Origin: a virus
Lineage: Duplodnaviria; Heunggongvirae; Uroviricota; Caudoviricetes
Strand: one strand, 5' to 3'
Length of the DNA: 29,572 nucleotides
Virus record (IMG/VR): IMGVR_UViG_3300035208_002606
Part shown: piece by piece, positions 22,331 to 29,572 of the stretch
Position numbering within the stretch: the first letter of the stretch is position 1
Layout of the letters: each line of letters starts with the position of its first letter
Position numbers and translations under genes: made by a program
The notes under the pieces: model-generated
Database searches by the model: none
Told to the model about the DNA's origin: nothing
Seen by the model: only the letters and a program-made list of their open reading frames with translations

Positions 22331-25300
22331 ATGCCGTATTACAAGAGCAAAACGGAAAAAGAGGTTGTTGTTAGATTAGGAAAAAATAAGAAAGAAATCA
22401 AAGTAGGAACCAAGCCCCAATTTTTACCCTACGAAGACATTCATTTATTGTTCCCAAAGTACATTACAAAACTAGGAAAGGCAGAAACGGCAACAGTTAT
22501 TAAAGAAATCAAACCCCTTACAAAACACAAAATAATAGATGAACGAATAAAAAATGAAATCATAAAACAAAACCCACAGACTTTTCAAATACACTTTCTA
22601 CAGGAAACGCTTCCTACAGGAAGTTGGAATAATCAGCGTTGTTTCATTATCGGCGGTGGGCCTTCTTTAAAGGAATTTGATTTCTCCAAACTCCAAGGTG
22701 AAAGAGTTATTGCCATCAACAAAGCATTTGTTGACGCTCCTTTTGCAGACATTCAATTTTCCGTTGACCGCCAATTTCAAGAGTGGGTGACAGACCCTAA
22801 AAAAGGCGGCGATAAAATGGCAAAGGCTCGTGATGCTTGGCCCCATTTTAAAGGACACAAGGTATGGCTCAAAGTCCCAGGAGAACATTACTTCGAAGGG
22901 ATAGAATTTGTCAAGTCAGCAGGAAATGAAGGGATTAGTCTATCACTTGAAGAGGGGGTTTATGATGGTTCCAATTCGGGATACGCCGCTCTAAACCTTG
23001 CAATCGCATTGGGGGCAAATCCAATTTATCTTTTGGGTTATGACATGAAGCATAATAATGGCAACAGCCATTATCACGAAGGATATTTTAAAGAACAGAA
23101 GGAGAACCAATTAACTCTTTTTGCGAGAAAATTTCCAAAATTGGCAGAATTAGCAAAGGAAAAAAATATTCAAGTTGTAAATCTTAATCAAAATTCCGAA
23201 CTCCAATGCTTCCCCTTTGATACACTTGAAAACGCTTTAAAGCCTGTATTCAAAGAAAAAAAAATATCCGAAAAAAATTATATCATCGTGAGTTTTTATA
23301 CTCCTGAATATACCAACGATATTTTACGACTGACCCAATCAGTAGAAAAATTTGAACTGCCATACCATTTCGAATTATTAAAACATTTACCTCTTGAAGG
23401 CAAAAACAAGCAAAACAATTGGAGCAAAAATGCATACCAAAAGGCAAATTTTATCAAAAATATGATGACAAAATTCCTCGACAAAAACATTATATGGATT
23501 GATGCCGACGCCGTGGTACAGGAATATCCTTATCTTTTTGATAACATGCCCGATTGCGATATAGCCGTTCATTATAGAAGAGGGAAAGAACTATTGACAG
23601 GAACAATGTTTATACGCAACAACGAATTGATGAAAAATGTGGTAGAAAAATGGATTTTTAAAAATGAAAAGAGTCCTTATTTTTTAGAACAAAAAAACTT
23701 GGAAGAAGTTCTTCGGGAAACCCCACAGGTAAATATTCACCATTTACCTCTTGCTTATTGTCAAATATTTGATGGGTTCGAAGGAAAATCTAGACCCGTT
23801 ATCGAACATTTCCAATCTTCAAGAAAATGGAGAAAGAAGGAAGATATTCAAAAGAAAATAACCGTTCTCATGCCCACCTACAATCAAGGGAAGTTTATTC
23901 AGGAATCCATCGACAGCGTACTTAGTCAAACCTTTACCAACTTTGAATTGATTATCGTGAATGACGGCTCTACGGACAACACGAAAGAAATCTTGGAACG
24001 ACAGACAGACCCCAGGATTAGGATTATTCACAAAGAGAATGGTGGTACGGGTTCAGCCTTAAATTTGGGATTTGAAAATGCCGTAGGGGAATACGAAACC
24101 TGGCTAGCATCGGATAATAAATATTACCCCAACGCTCTTCAAGACATGTTCAATATTTTAGAAAAAAAGAAAAATGTTGATTTCGTCTACTGTAATTGTG
24201 AAATCGGGGTTATGGACGAAACAGGATTAGGAGAAGTCACAAGAAAGAATTATAATTCAGAAATTTCAATGGAGTGGGATTCTTATAAATTTTACGAGCA
24301 TCACAATATTGGTGTTATTTGGCTATGGAGAAAGGAATTAAGATTGGTTTCAGGCACACATTTCATTACTGACCCTTGTGAAGATTATGAAATGACCATT
24401 CGGATGATTGAAGCGGGTGGAAATTTTTATTATCATCCTACTGTTTCGGGTTGGCATAGAAGGCATCCCGAAAATCTTACTAAAAAATTATTGACATCGG
24501 GGCAGTATGTTCAGAATTTAGTAAAGGCTATGGTAAATCGCAGGAATAATAAATTAAAAAGCGGTGCTGAATCCATTTTTACGAATATTTATCAGAATAA
24601 CAAATGGCACGGAACAGAATCAAGGTCGGGCCACGGGTCCACTTTAGCCGCGACAGAAAAAATAAGAGAAGGCATCCCTACACTTTTTAAAAAGTATAAA
24701 ATTAAAACGATAATTGATGCGGCTTGTGGAGATTGGAATTGGATGCGCCATCTAACAAGCACTTTGGATTTTGAAAGTTATATGGGAATAGACATTGTAA
24801 AGGATATCATTGATAAAAATATTGAAAATCATGAAAATGAAAAAATCACCTTTCATAATATGAACCTAATTAACCAAAACTTAACAACAAAAGCAGATGT
24901 GATTGTTTGCCGAGATATGCTAAACCACTTATCTAATTTTGATGTTATAGAGGTATTAAAAAATTTCATCCAATCAGGCTCCACATACATGCTGATAACG
25001 AATTTCCCAAAAGAAAGACCCAATAAAGATATTCTTACGGGTGCGTGGAGAACAATAAATTTTGGCAAAGAACCATTTGAATTCCCTTCCCCCATCGAGA
25101 CCATTAATGAAGGCTGTGATGTTACGGATATTCTTGGTACATACGAAGATAAAGAGATGGCCCTTTGGAAATTAGATGATATTGCAGAGATAATTTTTAA
25201 AGAAACTTCTAGTCCAAAACACAAACAAAGGGTAATTAACAATGCTGTTATTGAAGCCATAAAATTATTGAAACAAGCCCCCGAACCTCCCCAGCAGGCT

Positions 25301-26173
25301 AATTTATCAGAATGGTGTTTAAAGAAAATTCCTAAAAAAATATTTTTTTATTGGGGTGCGGAAGTCTTGCCGTTTTTACATTATTTAACGATTAAATCTT
25401 TTATCAAATTTAATCCCGATTGGAAGGTTATTTTTTATAGGCCCAAAGAACTTTCCTTAGAAAAACCTTGGTCGGGATGGGAACACAAATACAAATTAAT
25501 CTGTGATGATTATATGGATAAATTGTTGGAGTTGCCATTGGAATTGAGATATTTTGATGCCCGTTGTTTGGGAATGGAAAACCATTATCCCGAAATTATT
25601 AAATCGGATTTTTTAAGATGGCATTTATTGGCTACTGAAGGTGGGGTTTGGGCAGATATGGATATCATTTTTACGGCATCTATGAACCATCTCAGATTCA
25701 ATTACAAGAAGAATGAAAATGTGGATACGGTAGTTGCCATCTGTGAGGATTTCCTGCCCGAATATATGTTCCACACTATCGGGTTTATGATGTCTAGTGG
25801 TAACAATGATTATTATAATTACATTGCCGAAAAATCTAAAAAGGTAAGTAATAATTTCACAGATTATGAGATGGTCGGAAACCAATTACTAAATAAAGAA
25901 TTTCCTAGCATCAAAAAAATACAAGAAACATTTCCGTCTTTGGTTGTGGAAAATGTACCTTTCGAAAGTCTTTATGTGTATTATCCGCTTAAACGGGTTC
26001 CTGAACTTTTCAGCGAAGAGGGAATAGAAAGAAGAACCAATAATTCAATCGGAATTCATTGGTATGCTGGACATTTTTGCGTGGAAAAACCCGTCAATGG
26101 AATAACAGAGTTTAATTATAAAACATATTCTAACACCCCTATTGGGAAATTTATTCAAGAAGCGATGGAATGA
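22331..26173 (+). CDS. 1280-aa multidomain glycan-modifying protein: N-terminal module, DUF115/Maf-like transferase, GT-A (DxD), GT2, class I SAM methyltransferase and GT32-like DxD domain
   Basis: IIGGGPS..VIAIN..NSGYAALNLA..LGA.PIYLLGYDM; KANFI...IIWIDADAVV; VLMPTYN...ELIIVNDGSTD; IY..N.W...ESRSG.GS...IIDAACGD.NWM; IPKKIFFYWG...KSDFLRW..L..EGGVWADMD. Confidence 0.88.
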   Translation: MPYYKSKTEKEVVVRLGKNKKEIKVGTKPQFLPYEDIHLLFPKYITKLGKAETATVIKEIKPLTKHKIIDERIKNEIIKQNPQTFQIHFLQETLPTGSWNNQRCFIIGGGPSLKEFDFSKLQGERVIAINKAFVDAPFADIQFSVDRQFQEWVTDPKKGGDKMAKARDAWPHFKGHKVWLKVPGEHYFEGIEFVKSAGNEGISLSLEEGVYDGSNSGYAALNLAIALGANPIYLLGYDMKHNNGNSHYHEGYFKEQKENQLTLFARKFPKLAELAKEKNIQVVNLNQNSELQCFPFDTLENALKPVFKEKKISEKNYIIVSFYTPEYTNDILRLTQSVEKFELPYHFELLKHLPLEGKNKQNNWSKNAYQKANFIKNMMTKFLDKNIIWIDADAVVQEYPYLFDNMPDCDIAVHYRRGKELLTGTMFIRNNELMKNVVEKWIFKNEKSPYFLEQKNLEEVLRETPQVNIHHLPLAYCQIFDGFEGKSRPVIEHFQSSRKWRKKEDIQKKITVLMPTYNQGKFIQESIDSVLSQTFTNFELIIVNDGSTDNTKEILERQTDPRIRIIHKENGGTGSALNLGFENAVGEYETWLASDNKYYPNALQDMFNILEKKKNVDFVYCNCEIGVMDETGLGEVTRKNYNSEISMEWDSYKFYEHHNIGVIWLWRKELRLVSGTHFITDPCEDYEMTIRMIEAGGNFYYHPTVSGWHRRHPENLTKKLLTSGQYVQNLVKAMVNRRNNKLKSGAESIFTNIYQNNKWHGTESRSGHGSTLAATEKIREGIPTLFKKYKIKTIIDAACGDWNWMRHLTSTLDFESYMGIDIVKDIIDKNIENHENEKITFHNMNLINQNLTTKADVIVCRDMLNHLSNFDVIEVLKNFIQSGSTYMLITNFPKERPNKDILTGAWRTINFGKEPFEFPSPIETINEGCDVTDILGTYEDKEMALWKLDDIAEIIFKETSSPKHKQRVINNAVIEAIKLLKQAPEPPQQANLSEWCLKKIPKKIFFYWGAEVLPFLHYLTIKSFIKFNPDWKVIFYRPKELSLEKPWSGWEHKYKLICDDYMDKLLELPLELRYFDARCLGMENHYPEIIKSDFLRWHLLATEGGVWADMDIIFTASMNHLRFNYKKNENVDTVVAICEDFLPEYMFHTIGFMMSSGNNDYYNYIAEKSKKVSNNFTDYEMVGNQLLNKEFPSIKKIQETFPSLVVENVPFESLYVYYPLKRVPELFSEEGIERRTNNSIGIHWYAGHFCVEKPVNGITEFNYKTYSNTPIGKFIQEAME

Positions 26174-26901
26174 ATAATAAAGTAAGTATTATCATGCCAA
26201 CTTATAACTATGCAAAATACATACAAAACTCTATCGATGGGATTTTAAATCAGACGTATCAAAATTTTGAATTGATTATTGTGAATGATGGCTCCACGGA
26301 CAACACAAAAGAAATCTTAGAACGACAGACAGACCCTAGGATTAAAACTATTCATAAGAATAATGGGGGGTGCGGTTCTGCCTTAAACTTGGGTTTTCCT
26401 TTAGCAACAGGAGAATATGAAACTTGGTTTGCTTCTGATAATAAAATGTATCCACACGCTTTAAAAGAACTAGTATTGGTTTTGGATACAAATCCTAAAA
26501 TTGATTTCGTCTATGGCTGTTGTGGTGAAGCAGTAACCCAAAAAGACAATAGTGTCAAATTCCAAAAAGACTATAATACAGAGGGAATGATTTGGAACCC
26601 TATCGGTTTTTATGACCGATTTAATATTGGGGTTGTGTGGCTTTGGAGAAAAGAATTACGAATAAAAGCAGGAGAGAAATACATAGAAGAGCCTTGCGAA
26701 GATTATGATATGACAACCCGAATGATTGAAGCGGGTGGGCAGTTTCATTATATATCAAATCGGTTGGGGTGGTATCGAGTTCATAATGAGGGCTTGCAGG
26801 GTAAGTTGAAAAAAGAACAGCCCGATTATATTAAAAATTTAGTTATCAAGGCTAAAAAGAGAAGAGATGAAAAAATAAAAAGGGGGTTAATAATAAAATG
26901 A
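26170..26901 (+). CDS. Family 2 glycosyltransferase, paralog of the GT2 domain in the upstream giant protein
   Basis: VSIIMPTYN...ELIIVNDGSTD...EDYDM..R; near-identical DNA to 23941-24073. Confidence 0.92.
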   Translation: MNNKVSIIMPTYNYAKYIQNSIDGILNQTYQNFELIIVNDGSTDNTKEILERQTDPRIKTIHKNNGGCGSALNLGFPLATGEYETWFASDNKMYPHALKELVLVLDTNPKIDFVYGCCGEAVTQKDNSVKFQKDYNTEGMIWNPIGFYDRFNIGVVWLWRKELRIKAGEKYIEEPCEDYDMTTRMIEAGGQFHYISNRLGWYRVHNEGLQGKLKKEQPDYIKNLVIKAKKRRDEKIKRGLIIK

Positions 26902-27899
26902 AATATGATAATCCATTAACTACAATAATTCGAGACGGAGTAAGCCAACAATCAATACAGGCATTTACAGAAGTTGTGAATAATGATAAAATTTTCACAA
27001 TAAGTAGATTGGGCGGTTTTGACATTGAACTCGCTTTATTATTTTTCAATAATCCAAATTGTTTTGATGATGAAAGTGTTTTTAAACTAAAACTTTTTCG
27101 CGCTAATAATTATCCTGGATATTTCGATTTTACTGAAAATAAAAAAGAAAATTTTATTTCATATGCACAAAAATTAGTTTTATATCATAAAGATATAGAT
27201 TCTGCCACATATGCAGGAAAATGGTTTTATGATTGTATTCATGAAGAATGCCCTAAAAATGTCGAAACATTTTTAGATGTCATTTTAAAAAATAAGACAA
27301 TTTTTAATGGACAATTTATAACCCAGGCATTACCCTTTTTAAATTCTTTTAAAATTTGGGCCGAGGGGAAAAAAATTCTTATTATAAGCCCTTTAAGCCA
27401 ATCTATAGAATATCAATATCAAAGAAAAAATAATATTTTTAAAAATTATACATTTCCTAATTTTGAATTGTTGACCTACAATACCAATTTAACTTGGCAA
27501 CACCCAAACGATACAAAAGAAAAATTGGGATTAAAAACTAATAATTGGCACGAAGAATGCGAAAGACTTACAAATGAAGTATACAAACTTGATTTTGATA
27601 TAGCCTTTTTAAGTTGCGGCTGTTATGCAATGCCTTTGGGCTATTTTATAAAAAATTCTATGCATAAAAAATCTATTTATATTGGAGGAGCATTAAACAT
27701 TCTTTTTGGCATTTATGGGGGGAGATATAAACATGATTTTTATAATAATTTCTATAATCTTAATAGTAGAATAGACCCATTTGAAAATGAAGATGTAAAA
27801 AAAATTACTGCGGGACGGCTGTGGGAAAATGAAAGCGTAAACGCATATTTCGGTTATCAAGAAAAGGAGATTAACTATGATACCAAACCCAATGTTTAA
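26898..27899 (+). CDS. Putative GT-D-fold-like glycosyltransferase
   Basis: ISRLGG.D.E, KKILIISP and DFDIAFLSCGCYAMPL...K...SIYIGGALNILFGI.G.R match a polysaccharide-locus family related to GT-D (DUF1792-like). Confidence 0.55.
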   Translation: MKYDNPLTTIIRDGVSQQSIQAFTEVVNNDKIFTISRLGGFDIELALLFFNNPNCFDDESVFKLKLFRANNYPGYFDFTENKKENFISYAQKLVLYHKDIDSATYAGKWFYDCIHEECPKNVETFLDVILKNKTIFNGQFITQALPFLNSFKIWAEGKKILIISPLSQSIEYQYQRKNNIFKNYTFPNFELLTYNTNLTWQHPNDTKEKLGLKTNNWHEECERLTNEVYKLDFDIAFLSCGCYAMPLGYFIKNSMHKKSIYIGGALNILFGIYGGRYKHDFYNNFYNLNSRIDPFENEDVKKITAGRLWENESVNAYFGYQEKEINYDTKPNV

Positions 27900-28464
27900 A
27901 GAATTGATAGTAAATAATTTCATGGGCAGCGGTTCACAATGTTATGATGTAATGTATACTGTGACTAGAGCGTTTCAAGTCAAAAAAATGGTAGAAATTG
28001 GAACTTTTTTAGGTATTTCCACCATGTTTTTCTGTCAAGCCATTTTAGACAATAAAGCCATTCCCGAAATCCACACCCTAGATAAATGGGGACAATTCGG
28101 GCAGGATTATCAACATGTTAAAGTTAGAACAATAGAAAATTTTAATAAATTAGGATTTTTAAAATATATCACCATGTATGACGGAGATTCACAAACAGCA
28201 TTACTTCCAATTTTTGAAAAAATTGGAAATGTAGATTTATGCTTTATAGATGGAGACCACACATATGAAGGGGTTATAAATGATTTTAATATTTGTAAAC
28301 AATTTACAAATATTATGCTTTTGCATGATACGTTGGATGGTGGAGTTAAATATTTGAGAGATATAAGAGAAATGGGGTGGAATGTAGTAACTTTTCCAAC
28401 AAGATATGTTGAGTCAGATTCACACTTAATTGGAATATCACTAGTATTGAAAAACAATGATTAA
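27877..28464 (+). CDS. Class I SAM-dependent methyltransferase (Methyltransf_24-like)
   Basis: MVEIGTFLGIST...DGDS...DLCFIDGDHTYEGV..DF...LHD. Confidence 0.88.
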   Translation: MIPNPMFKELIVNNFMGSGSQCYDVMYTVTRAFQVKKMVEIGTFLGISTMFFCQAILDNKAIPEIHTLDKWGQFGQDYQHVKVRTIENFNKLGFLKYITMYDGDSQTALLPIFEKIGNVDLCFIDGDHTYEGVINDFNICKQFTNIMLLHDTLDGGVKYLRDIREMGWNVVTFPTRYVESDSHLIGISLVLKNND

Positions 28465-29530
28465 TTTAAATAATAAAAACAAAATATTTCTAACAGGAAT
28501 AACTGCTTCAGGAAAGACGTATTGGGCAAAAAAATTATCCTCTGAATTAAACATTCCTTATTATGATTTTGATTTCCATTGGAGTTTTCAGAACAAAGAT
28601 AGCAATTATGAAAAAGCCTTTTTAAACGAACTCCCAAATTCTTTTATTATTGATGCCATCCCCTATATAAATCGATACAAAGATTTTCAAGAATATCGTA
28701 AAAAGAATGATATAGAAATCATATGTCTATTCAATTCTGATATTATGGGATGGGTATATAATATTATGAATAAAAGTTTTTATACTGCAAAATCCCCTCA
28801 ATTTAAAATAGATTTCTACACCGCTTGGATTTATTTTTATACTACCGAAATCGACTTGATAAAACCTACAAAATTTTATGATAATGCAACATCATTATTG
28901 ATGACTTCAGAAGAATTTCAAACTCAAAGAGAAAAAATAATCAATCAATTAAAAGAATTAAAATCTAAAAATCAACCGCTTCTCAAAGATTATCTCGACA
29001 GTTTTAATCCCAAGAAATTTGATAAATTTTATCAGGATATAGAATGTATCGATTTCATAGGATATTCCAAATCATATAAAACATGGGAAAATATAAAAGA
29101 CTTAGTGGAGTGGAAAAACAAAAGCGTTATCGATTTGGGTTGTTATCACGGATATTTTTCCTTTAAAGCAGACCAAGCGGGGGCATTAAAAGTGATTGGG
29201 CTAGAAATGCATGATAGTGTTTTACACATCACAAAACTAATTAAACATATAAATTCAAGCAAAGCGGAATTTGAAGTATGGGGGTGCGGACAACCAACTC
29301 CTAAAGCAGATATTGCTTTGGTTTTAAATGTTCTTCATCATGCTACCGATGTAGAAGAAACCTTAAAAAATATAAATACAAAAATAGCAATTTTTGAAAT
29401 TGAACGAACCCAAATAGATTTGATAAAAAAACATTTTAAGATAATTAAAGAAGCAGATTCCCACAGAATAGATAAAAATCAAAATCGTGTAATTTTATTA
29501 GGAGAAAAATTAAAAAATGATATCCAATAA
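28457..29530 (+). CDS. P-loop kinase-like / class I SAM methyltransferase fusion
   Basis: N-terminal IFLTGITASGKT (Walker A) ...IPYYDFD; C-terminal KSVIDLGCYHGYFSF.A..AGA.KVIGLE...LNVLHH. Confidence 0.8.
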   Translation: MINLNNKNKIFLTGITASGKTYWAKKLSSELNIPYYDFDFHWSFQNKDSNYEKAFLNELPNSFIIDAIPYINRYKDFQEYRKKNDIEIICLFNSDIMGWVYNIMNKSFYTAKSPQFKIDFYTAWIYFYTTEIDLIKPTKFYDNATSLLMTSEEFQTQREKIINQLKELKSKNQPLLKDYLDSFNPKKFDKFYQDIECIDFIGYSKSYKTWENIKDLVEWKNKSVIDLGCYHGYFSFKADQAGALKVIGLEMHDSVLHITKLIKHINSSKAEFEVWGCGQPTPKADIALVLNVLHHATDVEETLKNINTKIAIFEIERTQIDLIKKHFKIIKEADSHRIDKNQNRVILLGEKLKNDIQ

Positions 29531-29572
29531 TTTAGGAATAAAACGAACTGACAATCTAAAAATATTTTTAAC

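Noticed and set aside
1541-28457. The many other short minus-strand and alternate-frame ORFs in the track
   Set aside because: All overlap well-supported + strand genes and lack motifs; the window is uniformly + strand.
1-29572. Stop-codon reassignment, tRNA genes, CRISPR array
   Set aside because: Known genes are full length in code 11 and TAA, TAG and TGA all serve as stops. No tRNA cloverleaf or regularly spaced repeat-spacer pattern was seen.

Overview
29.6-kb segment of a large AT-rich T4-like (Tevenvirinae-style head module) tailed phage. All credible genes are on the + strand and read in the standard code. From left to right: (i) head-assembly module with a gp2-like DNA end protector, portal (gp20), prohead protease (gp21), scaffold and major capsid protein (gp23), interrupted by free-standing nuclease genes and an apparently catalytically dead AdoMetDC-like gene; (ii) a block of small accessory genes behind sigma70-type extended -10 promoters; (iii) late genes including a gp13-like neck protein and two paralogous beta-rich virion proteins; (iv) a glycan-building cluster headed by a 1280-aa five-domain glycosyltransferase/methyltransferase. 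The strongest unexplained signal is a structured RNA leader present twice (3811-3910 and 21497-21594). It is a three-way junction with fully covarying stems, and its P3 loop pairs with the Shine-Dalgarno of the downstream gene. The two copies lead unrelated nuclease genes, and each leader+nuclease unit is bounded on both sides by the late-promoter hexamer TAAATA. The second signal is a ~48-aa N-terminal module shared by the giant glycosyltransferase and two late proteins beside the neck gene, which suggests a virion-targeted glycosylation system. Also notable are a recurring 'EDIxKF/YATxEExxxLxE' peptide tag in three unrelated proteins and two SAM-enzyme folds lacking catalytic residues. All family assignments come from motif recognition by eye; no database search was run.
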